In this document: in pieces, positions 51,520 to 64,000 of the stretch
Layout of the letters: every line of letters begins with the position of its first letter
Position numbering within the stretch: the first letter of the stretch is position 1
Source: Eledone cirrhosa
Taxonomy: Eukaryota
Assembly: GCA_964016885.1 (NCBI GenBank)
Contig: OZ024742.1
Location: forward strand, 364,250,001-364,314,000
Length of the DNA stretch: 64,000 bases
Direction of reading: 5' to 3'
The notes under the pieces: generated by a model
What the model was told of the DNA's origin: nothing
What the model saw: only the letters and a program-made list of their open reading frames with translations
Database searches by the model: none
Translations under genes and position numbers: made by a program

Positions 51520-51706
51520 TTGTTTCTACTTTTGGCACAAGGCCAGCAATTACCCAGTGCATTACTGGTACTTTATTTTATCAACCCCGTAAGGATGAAA
51601 GGCAAAGTTAACCTCGGCGGGATTTGAACTCAGAATGGCAAGGGCCGTAACTCTATGCATCAAAGCATGTGGTCCGACCCTCTACCGGTACTGCCAATCC
51701 ACCGCC
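51520..51706 (-). mobile_element. tRNA-derived SINE with a Deu/Nin-like central domain (octopus-type)
   Basis: Minus strand: A box TGGCAGTACCGG, B box GAGTTCAAATCC, then GCCTTTCATCCTT..GATAAAATAAAGTACCAG. Confidence 0.8.
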
Positions 51707-53295
51707 ATCTATTTTATATAATGTCGACCAGAAATTATACTAAATAATATTTGCTAAGATGCCACAGTGTGTCATCCTAGCGTTTTAACCATTCCGCCAT
51801 GTTCCTTCCAAATGGAATATACTATTGTATGAAGTAATACTTTATTACGAGGGACTTCTACAAGTATACAAATTACAAAGTCACAACAATTACAACAAAG
51901 CGTAAACGAGGATGTTTCTATGTTGACATGTTGGACCTCCGTCAGTTACGATGGTGAATATTGCAGTTGCTTGATGAACAAAACAACGTACTCCTGAAAT
52001 TAACGTGCAAGTGGCTGAGCATTAAAGAGACACATGTATACATAATATAATTTGTAGGATGAATCAGCATGACAATAATAGACATTTTAATTAGAATTAC
52101 TAATATTCTTTCTCCCCGCTCAGAGGAATTGGTCAACAGAAATTAAATTGTCTTGCTCGAGGACTAAACACACGACCATCGAAATCATAATCCGACTATT
52201 ATTGTGTTGAACACCACAGTAAGTCACATCTGTTCACAGCCTCTCCAGATAGAAACGTTGCATACTGTAGTCTTAAGTTTCATATTAGTGGAAAACTTAA
52301 CCTTGAATTGTTCACATCAGAACGTCTCTTGTTATAAAATTGATGTAGCGAGGCTTAACCTGGGTTGAACGGTAAAATATGTTGCAATAACATTAAGATA
52401 TCTTTCAAGAAATACATCCCAGGAGTTTGAACTTGCATCCGTTATAATCACATCTCAATATCGTTTTCGTCTTCGCTACACGGTAATGTCTCTTAATGTT
52501 TCCATTAAAATGCATTTAAATTCTCGAAAGTAATCAGTAGGAATGTCAATTGTCCTGAAGGAAGACGCTAATGTAGATCAATACAATGAAATCGATGTGT
52601 AATCAGGAACGCTGAGTTCCTTACACAAAAGTATATAGAGGTAATTGAAACAAATCTTTAGTAAAAAAAAACTATAAATTACAGATATATCTGCCATTTT
52701 GAAATGAAAGTAATATTTTCGCCATTTCAGATTTTATTTCGTTCCTAGTTTGTTGTTGTTAGCAAACCTAAAGTGAAAAAATAAATCGTTTACTTTAAGA
52801 AAATATTTCATTTAGAAAGTATCCAAGATTTGTTTTCATCGCTTTCAACAAAAAAATACGCCAGTTAAATATTGAGAAAAACTCACATAAGAAGATTATA
52901 CAGCATTGAAAACACATTAGCGTATCGTAAGCTAAACAAGTGACATAGAAACAAAAGGTTACTTTATGCATTAGACTAGAAGCTTGAAATTGAGTAAAAA
53001 TCCTATAAAGTGTTCATTCCTTATTGAATAGATTGCGAGATTTCCTCGTGATAAAATATCTACAATAATTCCCATGAAGGGAAACATATCTGATCGAATT
53101 TTATGTGAACTCTATAGATATATGAATGGAATCGTTATTTTTGCTTACAGCAGGCTTATATTTCAGGATTGTCACGATCGCTTGTTTAGGCGTATTACAC
53201 TTCCCACTGTAGGCCAATATATTTACCGATCATATCTTCTAGGAGAAGGGCTAACACCTTTCCAGTGATGGGAGAAACATTTGAAGAACTCAGAA

Positions 53296-53351
<56 letters not shown>

Positions 53352-53355
<4 letters not shown>

Positions 53356-53775
53356 CAACAGATTAAAGTTTAAGCAAAGAATCGCTGCTCTCACCCTTAG
53401 AATATTAGTCTACGACCTCTTTTATACCATAAACGTGGTTTTGTCTTTGCGTGTTATTGTTTTCACCGCTCCAATTAATGACGTATTATCTTCGTTTTTA
53501 TCTGTTCTTTGCCAGGGAACGTTTTCACGAACCAAAGTATCGTCTTCCTGTCTTCCTTCGGTTGCAACGTTTTTTGAAATATTTACTTCTGCGTTCACAG
53601 ATAGATTTTTTTTAGTTTCAGAAGATCCCGTTAAGGGTGAAAGCAGCGATTTTTTGCTTAAACTTTAATCTGTTATTTTAATAAATATTTGCTCTGCGGT
53701 TCTTATATATTTGATATATATTTATCCTTATCGAGCCCTCTTTGGATTTTAGTCTTCAACTTTATTATTATTACC
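53352..53775 (+). mobile_element. PLE pseudo-LTR (H2) with a short inverted 5' arm
   Basis: 53358-53399 is the reverse complement of 53632-53674; contains a hammerhead-like motif and AATAAA; flanked by (TA)n. Confidence 0.7.
53614..53664 (+). ncRNA. Hammerhead-like motif with CAGAAGA core variant
   Basis: AGTTT-CAGAAGA-TCCC-GTTAA-GGGT-GAAA-GCA..TGC-TT-AAACT. Confidence 0.55.
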
Positions 53776-53854
53776 ATATATATATATATACATATGTAAC
53801 TATATATATATATGTATATATATATATGTATGTATATATATATGTATGTATATA

Positions 53855-53964
<110 letters not shown>

Positions 53965-54044
53965 TAGATAGATAGATAGATATAACCTGCCAATACGGGA
54001 ATTGAATAATCAAGACCGTAGAGGTATGTCATATATCAAATCAT

Positions 54045-54112
54045 ATATTTTGTATGATGAGGAAGTACTGAAAAAACAGCACAGTACCTTTGAAATATAT
54101 ATAATAAAGTAT
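54045..54112 (+). ncRNA. Degenerate hammerhead (C3 changed to A)
   Basis: ATATTTTGT-ATGATGA-GGAAGTACTG..CAGTACCTTT-GAAA-TATATA-TA-ATAAAGTAT. Confidence 0.55.
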
Positions 54113-54282
54113 ATATTTTGATAATGCGAATATTTTTAATTTGTTAACATTTTGAATAATATATATATATATTACTTAGGACTGCCGACCGAGGTAGAAA
54201 CTGCTAAGTAGTCTGACGTCCTCTTGTCTCTGATTTTCAGCCCCATGGATTTTATCTTTTATATTCATTTGTTATATTTTGA

Positions 54283-54340
54283 ATACCTGATGATGTCACC
54301 GGATTCATACTGATCCCGGTCATTGAAATGATCATAGTAT
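54283..54340 (+). ncRNA. Minimal type-I hammerhead ribozyme in a PLE remnant (~54175-54500)
   Basis: ATAC-CTGATGA-TGTCACCGGAT..ATCCCGGTCATT-GAAA-TGATCA-TA-GTAT followed by AATAAA. Confidence 0.8.
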
Positions 54341-56787
54341 AATAAACCTTTCAAGGATTTACAGCAGTCCAACCTCCTGTTATTTTATAATAATTAACTC
54401 CGTACTCGCATTACCAACTATACTACCGAAGACGGGTGAGGTGCATTACATCGAGGTTGACCAAATGGAATGACCAGTTCTATCCAGTGGTGAACCTAAA
54501 TAAATAAATATATATATATATATAAATTAATAAAATAATAAAAACAATGAATAAAAACAAAAAACAAGTTCCTTATATTAAAAAATTCATCATTTTACGA
54601 TTGTTTCTAGGATTTATATATGTGTAGGTATGTATATCATATAGATCTATGTAAAAATATTACAAACTATCAGAGGAAATATACATACCTTCACATATAT
54701 ATGCTGTCTTCAGAAATGATGAGATTTGTTTATTGAAAAAAAAACAACAAATATTTAATATAATAGGTCTGTTTGGGAACAGGTTGTGAGTTGACCAATA
54801 GAAAAGTAGTAAGAGGTCAAGTAGATAGAATAGTAGTAGTAGAAATGTAATTTAGGGGTAGAGGAATGCAGACTTATGTTTTGAATGGAAAGAATACTTT
54901 GAATGAAAGGAATACTTTGGGGATGAAAAGAGGTCAAGCCGGTGAAGGGTACACGAAAATTTGATGTTATTAAAGAATAATGTTAAAAACGAGGGAGAGT
55001 AAAATTTCAGGGTAAGGGTATTAGTGAGAAATACCAATCTTATTTAAACCACAAGGAATTTAGATTTATAACAAGAAATTAAATTAATTGATAGGTATAC
55101 TTATAGGGATAAATGTATATTAATTCATATGGATGTGATAAATAAGAATTAGATGTTATTAAAGAATGTTGTTAAAAACGAAGGAAAATAAAATGTTGAG
55201 ATAAGTGTAGTAGTGAGAAATACCAATCTTATATAAACAACAAGGAATCTAGATTCATAACAGGAAATTAAATTAATTCATATGTATACTTTTAGGTATT
55301 AATTTTTGGTAACGGAGCTGTAAGAGGGAAATAAAATTATGAAGTTCTCTGTAGTAAAGTACTAATTATAGGTTAACTAAATTAAAAAACTAATTATAAT
55401 AATATGTAAAATATAAGTGTAAGGTGTATATTAATTAGGTTTATAATATTTGAAGGTTCTTCTAATTCTATGATTGCAAACTATAATTAATTCCTGTCGC
55501 TTATTTAATAGGATATCCTTAGATTTCATTATATCAAAAAAATTCATAAATAAGAATTAGATGTTATTAAAGAATGTTGTTAAAAACGAAGGAAAATAAA
55601 ACTTTGGGATAAGGGTAGTAGTGAGAAATACCAATCTTATATAAACAACAAGAATCACTATGGGCTCTAGTGTTCTGCCCAAATTATCGATCTTGTGGGC
55701 CTCTTTCTTCTATTTAACATAAATTCTTCTTTTCCCCACCTTAAAGGTGGTTTATATCGTGATGACTGTCTTTTTCTTTCCACTAATCTTAGCCTATCAG
55801 AAACTGAAAAAAATAAATAACTTATTAGAACTTTCCTCAAATACTATTACAATCTCACTATTACATTTGAAAACACCAGTAAAATAGTTAATTTCATAGA
55901 TATAACTTTAGACTTATCTACGGCTATCTACCAACCTTACCATAAACCTAACCAAAACGTACATTACTTACACTCACAATCCAATCACCCTAGATCTATC
56001 CTTAAAAACCTACCATATTATATCTCACTCAGAATCTCTAACCTTTCATCTAACCAGGATGTATTCGATAAAAATGCGCCTTTCTAGCTTTAGCTAGAAG
56101 CGGCCACAAAAACAAATTAGTCTATATACCTTGCACCAATAATACTTCAAACATACAACCCAATATTTCCAACAAACACCAAATGAAAAACGCACACCTA
56201 AATGCCACTCACACTACACCCAAAAATACCAACCTAAAATTTAATTTGTCTACCTCTTCTCACATAAAATATAATAATTTTCAAAAAACCATTCATCCTA
56301 ATACTCCAATATATGTTATAACATTACTAACAACATTCTTAATAATCAGACTAAAACACCTAAATCAGTTAATCTAACTAAACCTATATATAATAAATTC
56401 ACTAATAATAACTCTCTTTGTAAACATCCTGATACATCGTATAAATATAAAAAACAACATCGAAACCGTAATAGACGAGTTACTTGGTATAATGTTCTAT
56501 TTAATCTTCAAAATAAAGATAATATCCCTAAAACATTTTTTACTATACTAGAGGAAAACTTCCCGCCAAACCATAAATACAATCAAATTTTAAATAGATT
56601 AACTGTCAAATTTTCCTACTCCAATACCAAAAATATACAACAAAATATAAGTTCGTACAACGCATATAAATGTAAAAGAACCACGAATATACCACCAACA
56701 CATCAAACCAACCATAACACTAAAATAAACCGCAACAAACCGCCATCTCCTTCACATATAACAAGTCGAGTAAATTCCACATTAAAT

Positions 56788-57249
56788 TTGACTAACACCC
56801 CTGATATAATATTCACGAATGGTTGTAACTGTAGAAACAAAAAAAATTGCCCATTAAAGGGAAATTGTCTGATTAATAACATAGTCTATAAATGTAAAAT
56901 TGGCACTAAGGACTCCACTTATTCGTATATAGGAGCTACGTCTAACCAATTTAAAGTAAGATTTAATACGCACAAACATAGTTTTAAAAATTCCGCATTA
57001 GCTAATACAACATCCTTGGCTGAAACAATTAATAATTATAGAAAAAGGAATATCGATTACAACCTGACCTGGAGTGTGCTCAAAAGGGTAACCCCTTATC
57101 AAAATAACAGATATGAGTGTAGATTATGCTCCCATGAACTTTTTGAAATAATGAAATCTAAGGATATCCTATTAAATAAGCGACAAGAATTAATTATTAC
57201 TTGCAATCATAAAATTAGAAGAACCTTCAAATATTATAAACCTAATTAA
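56788..57249 (+). pseudogene. Neptune GIY-YIG endonuclease domain (open fragment of a disrupted ORF)
   Basis: CNCRNKKNCPLKGNC..IVYKC..YIGAT..FKVRFNTH..CRLCSHE..LLNKRQE..CNH. Confidence 0.88.
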
Positions 57250-57940
57250 TATACACCTTACACTTATATTTTACATATTATTATAATTAGTTTTTTTAAT
57301 TTAGTTAACATATAATGAGTACTTTACTACAGAGAACTTCATAATTTTATTTCCCTCTTACAGCTCTCTTTTCCAAAAATTAATACCTAAAAGTATACAT
57401 ATAAATTAATTTAATTTGCTGTTATGAATCTAGATTCCTTGTAGTTTATATAAGATTGGTATTTGTCACTACTACCCTTATCCCAAAATTTTATTTTCCT
57501 TCGTTTTTAACAACATTCTTTAATAACATCTAATTCTTATTTATCACATCCATATGAATTAATATAAATTTATCCCTATAAGTATACCTATCAATTAATT
57601 TAATTTCTTGTTATAAATCTAAATTCCTTGTGGTTTAAATAAGATTGGTATTTCTCACTAATACCCTTACCCTAACATTTTACTCTCCTTCCTTTTTAAC
57701 ATTATTCTTTAATAACATCAAATTTTCGTGTACCCTTCACCGGCTTGACCTCTTTTCATCCCCAAAGTATTCTTTCCATTCCAAACATAAGTCTGCATTC
57801 CTCTATCCCTAAATTACATTTCTACTACTACTATTCTATCAACTTGACCTCTTACTACTTTTCTATTGGTCAATTCAAAACCTGTTTCCAAACAGTCCTA
57901 TTATATTAAATCTTTGTTGGTTTTTTTCAATAAACAAATC

Positions 57941-58076
57941 TCATCATTTCTGAAGACAGCATATATATGTGAAGGTATGTATATTTCCTCTGATAGTTTG
58001 TAATATTTTTACATAGATCTATATGATATACATACCAACACGCATATATATCCTAGAAACGATCGTAAAATGATGA
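57941..58076 (+). ncRNA. Hammerhead ribozyme with ~100-nt stem II (inverted copy at 54587-54722)
   Basis: TCATCATTT-CTGAAGA-[~99 nt]-GAAA-CGATCG-TA-AAATGATGA; perfect 9-bp stem I and palindromic loop III. Confidence 0.7.
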
Positions 58077-58262
58077 ATTGTTTAATATAAGGAATTGTTT
58101 TTTTTTTATTCATTGTTTTTATTATTTTATTAATTCATCTTGACTCTGTTTTCCTATGATTTTCATCGAAAATCTTTGAATGTATCTTCTCTTTTCATGA
58201 TATTTGGATTACATTGAGTTCTTCAAACGGATTGGACACTACCGTATATTTTGGTAGATTTA

Positions 58263-58357
<95 letters not shown>

Positions 58358-58439
58358 GTTATTCCCGGTTGAATCGGAGGTAACCACAGTAAGTAAGGTA
58401 CTCAATACATAGCAGAGTATAACAGTTTTAATATAGAAG

Positions 58440-58490
58440 AGATTCTACAGGACTAGAACTGTTTCATTCATTAGAAATCATCAGGAATCT
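58440..58490 (-). ncRNA. Type-I hammerhead ribozyme
   Basis: Minus strand AGATTC-CTGATGA-TTTC-TAAT-GAAT-GAAA-CAG-TTCTAGTC-CTG-TA-GAATCT. Confidence 0.8.
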
Positions 58491-59169
58491 GGGTATCAAA
58501 AAATAAATATGGTATTTATAGGTCTCTACAAGTGGTAGGAGAGGGTGGGGAGTGGGATGGGTGCAGGTCATTGGTTGATAGAAAAGGGAATTCATTAAAA
58601 GCTAATTCTACAAGGCTATAGTTTATTTTTATTTTTATTTATATTTATTTATGTTTTTAGAGTAACAAAGGCAGACAGAATTCTATAAACAGGTTCCGGA
58701 TGGCATACCATTCCTTGTCAATAAGTTTCTCTTAAGCTAACAGATGTCTATAAAGTCAGTGGGGGGTCAGTCATGGTCGATAGAATTAAAGAAAAGGGAG
58801 ATTCTTTAAAAGCTAAAGTCATTAAGGTTCTACTAAGTGACAAAGGTCTAGAGAATTCTGCAGACAGATTCAAAATACTGAGTGCATATCTTACTATTAT
58901 CTTCGAACTTCTCTTAAACTAATCAACTATATGCCAAAAATCAACAGACACATTCACAAAAAAACAAAAAAACAAAAAAACAAAAAAACACATACTCACT
59001 CACACACTTACGCGCAACCATAAACACACACACAAACACATATACACACATAAAAACACACACACATATATAAAAAATATATAAATATATATAAATATAA
59101 ATATATATTCATGTACACACACATACATACACACATACATACCTACATACATATACAATACATATACAC

Positions 59170-59216
<47 letters not shown>

Positions 59217-59253
59217 CACATACAGATACATACACATATACATATACACAGAT

Positions 59254-59306
<53 letters not shown>

Positions 59307-59426
59307 GATACACACACACATACACATACATACACACACACATACATATATACACAAATAAATACACTCACACGCATACATACAAACACGAGTATACATA
59401 TGTATAAATATTTATACACACACACG

Positions 59427-59518
<92 letters not shown>

Positions 59519-59677
59519 CACATATATACACACACATACATATATATACATACATATATACATATCCATACATATACAAACATACACATACATACACAGA
59601 CCTATACATAAATATACAAATATATATACAGACATATAACGCGTATATACACACACATATACACATACATATACACG

Positions 59678-59789
<112 letters not shown>

Positions 59790-59832
59790 TATATATATAC
59801 ACATATATATATACATACAGACACATACACAT

Positions 59833-59875
<43 letters not shown>

Positions 59876-59908
59876 TACATATACATACATATACACACAC
59901 ACATACAC

Positions 59909-60005
<97 letters not shown>

Positions 60006-60106
60006 TATATATATATATATGTACACACCTGCCCACACAACCATATACATATATATATACATACACACATACATATATATATATATACATATATATATAT
60101 ACACAC

Positions 60107-60174
<68 letters not shown>

Positions 60175-60184
60175 GCGCGCACAC

Positions 60185-60275
<91 letters not shown>

Positions 60276-60326
60276 TATATACATACACACACACACATAC
60301 ACACATACATACACATACACATACAT

Positions 60327-60391
<65 letters not shown>

Positions 60392-60514
60392 TACATATAC
60401 ACACATATATACACATATACACGCACATACATACACACATACACAAACATACATAAACATACATACATACATACATACATACAAACACATATATACACAT
60501 ATATACATATATAC

Positions 60515-60601
<87 letters not shown>

Positions 60602-60671
60602 AACATATACATACATATACATACATAAATATACACACATAAAACACATATACACACAAACATATATATAT

Positions 60672-60722
<51 letters not shown>

Positions 60723-60726
<4 letters not shown>

Positions 60727-61456
60727 AACCAGTAAGACCCCGACAGCTGAGCTCTAGCCGTTTCGACGGCTAATTCTGGACTAAATGAAAATTTATCCTG
60801 GTATTTAAATAGCCGATCTTCTCAAGGGGTAATTCCATATATGGTCAAGGTGATTGTCAAAAATCAGTAGTAATTCTGTGGTTGCAAATTAGTAGGGGAG
60901 ATGGTGGCTAAACCTGCCAGTAGGAGAAAGAGGGGAGGGGGTGGAGTAGACCCAATCAAGCGTTGGTAGTGCCAGCTACAGCTGGGCATGAGGTCAAAGA
61001 AGATACAGGAGAGGGGGGGGGAGGAAGTCGGAACGGTAGGTAGAACAATGGGGGGTAGAAATAGGAAAGAAAAAATACTGAGAGTGAAGAAAAGCAAATA
61101 AGTGTAAATAAGTGTATCTTCTTTGACCTCATGCCCAGCTGTAGCTGGCACTACCAACGCTTGATTGGGTCTACTCCACCCCCTCCCCTCTTTCTCCTAC
61201 TGGCAGGTTTAGCCACCATCTCCCCTACTAATTTGCAACCACAGAATTACTACTGATTTTTGACAATCACCTTGACCATATATGGAATTACCCCTTGAGA
61301 AGATCGGCTATTTAAATACCAGGATAAATTTTCATTTAGTCCAGAATTAGCCGTCGAAACGGCTTGAGCTCAGCTGTCGGGGTCTTACTGGTTCCTATTA
61401 CCCACTCTACTACCTCAAGTATTGAGTACTTTGGTGCGTTATGGTCCACCTGGTTC
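60723..61456 (+). mobile_element. Short fold-back PLE pseudo-LTR nested in a (TA)n tract
   Basis: 60723-61006 is the reverse complement of 61114-61397, nearly perfect; each arm carries a hammerhead. Confidence 0.8.
61290..61383 (+). ncRNA. Hammerhead ribozyme with U3-A8 core variant (mirror copy 60737-60830 on -)
   Basis: ACCCC-TTGAGAA-GATCGGCTA..TAGCCGTC-GAAA-CGGC-TTGAGCTCA-GCTG-TC-GGGGT. Confidence 0.75.
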
Positions 61457-61475
61457 CTTACCACATTTCCTTCGT

Positions 61476-61507
<32 letters not shown>

Positions 61508-61587
61508 TATACACATATACACATACAAGTAAATAGGTACTCAATTGAGTACCTATTTACTTGTATGTGTATATGTGTATATGTGTA

Positions 61588-61644
<57 letters not shown>

Positions 61645-61704
61645 ATATATATATGTTTGTGTGTATATGTGTTTTATGTGTGTATATTTATGTATGTATA
61701 TGTT

Positions 61705-61781
<77 letters not shown>

Positions 61782-61906
61782 GTATATATGTATATATGTG
61801 TATATATGTGTTTGTATGTATGTATGTATGTATGTATGTTTATGTATATGTTTGTGTATGTGTGTATGTATGTGCGTGTATATGTGTATATATGTGTGTA
61901 TATGTA

Positions 61907-61951
<45 letters not shown>

Positions 61952-61989
61952 ATGTATGTGTATGTATGTGTGTATGTGTGTGTGTGTAC

Positions 61990-62037
<48 letters not shown>

Positions 62038-62057
62038 ATGTATGTATGTGTGTGCGC

Positions 62058-62131
<74 letters not shown>

Positions 62132-62270
62132 GTGTGTATATATATATGTATATGTATATATATATATGTATGTGTGTATGTATATATATATGTATATGGT
62201 TGTGTGGGCAGGTGTGTACATATATATATATATATATATATGTGTGTGTATATATATATATATATGTGTG

Positions 62271-62331
<61 letters not shown>

Positions 62332-62478
62332 GTGTATGTGTGTGTGTGTATATGTATGTATATGTATGTATGTGTATATATATAGATATATATATATATA
62401 TATATATGTGTATGTGTGTATATATATGTATATATGTGTATATGTATGTATGTGTACATGTGTATGTATGTGTGTGTA

Positions 62479-62552
<74 letters not shown>

Positions 62553-62754
62553 GTATATATATATATGTATATATATATATGTGTATATATGTGTGTGTGT
62601 GTATGTGTGTATATATGTGTGTATATATATATGTGTATTTGTATGTGTCTGTGTTTGTGTATGTGTGTATGTATGTATGTATGTATGTGTGTATATGTGT
62701 GTGTATGTGTGTGTGTATATATATATAATATATGTGTATATGTGTATAGATGTA

Positions 62755-62821
<67 letters not shown>

Positions 62822-62849
62822 GTGTATATATATATGTATGTGTATGTAT

Positions 62850-62885
<36 letters not shown>

Positions 62886-63009
62886 GTGCGTGTGAGAGAG
62901 AGTGTGTATATATATTTTGTGTGTGGGTGTGTGTATGTGTGTATGCGCGTGTGTGTGTATATATATATATGTGTGTATGTGTATGTGTATGTATGTATAT
63001 ATATATGTG

Positions 63010-63120
<111 letters not shown>

Positions 63121-63276
63121 GTATATGTATATGTATATGTGTGTGTATATACGCGTTATCTGTCTGTATATATATTTGTATATTTATGTATAGGTCTGTG
63201 TATGTATGTGTATGTTTGTATATGTATGGATATGTATATATGTATGTATATATATGTATGTGTGTGTATATATGTG

Positions 63277-63315
<39 letters not shown>

Positions 63316-63410
63316 ATAAATATTCATACATATGTATACTCGTGTTTGTATGTATGCTTGTGAGTGTATTTATTTGTGTATATATGTATGTGTGTGTGTA
63401 TGTATGTGTA

Positions 63411-63491
<81 letters not shown>

Positions 63492-63528
63492 ATCTGTGTA
63501 TATGTATATGTGTATGTATATGTATGTG

Positions 63529-63560
<32 letters not shown>

Positions 63561-64000
63561 TATGTATATGTGTATATGTATTGTATATGTATGTAGGTAT
63601 GTATGTGTGTATGTATGTGTGTGTACATGAATATATATTTATATTTATATATATTTATATATTTTTTATATATGTGTGTGTGTTTTTATGTGTGTATATG
63701 TGTTTGTGTGTGTGTTTATGGTTGCGAGTAAGTGTGTGAGTGAGTATGTGTTTTTTTGTTTTTTTGTTTTTTTGTTTTTTTGTGAATGTGTCTGTTGATT
63801 TTTGGCATATAGTTGATTAGTTTAAGAGAAGTTCGAAGATAATAGTAAGATATGCACTCAGTATTTTGAATCTGTCTGCAGAATTCTCTAGACCTTTGTC
63901 ACTTAGTAGAACCTTAATGACTTTAGCTTTTAAAGAATCTCCCTTTTCTTTAATTCTATCGACCATGACTGACCCCCCACTGACTTTATAGACATCTGTT

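Larger units (their letters stand above)
54526..58264 (+). mobile_element. 5'-truncated Neptune-type Penelope element with ~1-kb inverted arm
   Basis: RT remnants 55655-56090 (GLYRDDC, VNFIDITLDL, SNHP); GIY-YIG 56788-57249; 54526-55545 is the reverse complement of ~57135-58135. Confidence 0.9.

Noticed and set aside
49000-53290. Host exons in the less repetitive stretch
   Set aside because: The short ORFs have no recognisable domains or splice support; the region is probably intronic or intergenic with old SINE fragments.

Overview
Repeat-saturated, AT-rich eukaryotic DNA. It is probably from a coleoid cephalopod (octopus-like), inferred from the tRNA-derived Deu/Nin-domain SINE and the dense compound (TA/CA) microsatellites. 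No host gene is recognisable. Three layers dominate. (1) Many Penelope-like elements (PLEs) and their short pseudo-LTR remnants sit in (TA)n tracts. Most are arranged as fold-back inverted repeats, and together they carry about 15 type-I hammerhead ribozyme motifs, including U3-A8, A4 and long-stem-II variants. (2) A ~32.7-kb nested array (13.9-46.6 kb) of non-LTR retrotransposons is strung along (ATT)n microsatellites. Tx1-clade elements are always on + (one intact 1139-aa ORF2), and two R4/Dong families are always on - (one intact 1130-aa ORF). The whole array appears to lie inside the inverted arm of one PLE. (3) Scattered items include a 5'-inverted RTE, an internally deleted mariner, a hAT MITE with an 8-bp TSD and SINEs. 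The most striking observation is a 110-bp PLE hairpin at 3789-4085. All 34 of its arm-to-arm mismatches are G.U-type and, where they can be polarised, are A->G changes on the + strand, never 3' of G and confined to the duplex. This reads as a genomic fossil of ADAR hyper-edited RNA that was reverse-transcribed and re-integrated. All alignments were done by eye.
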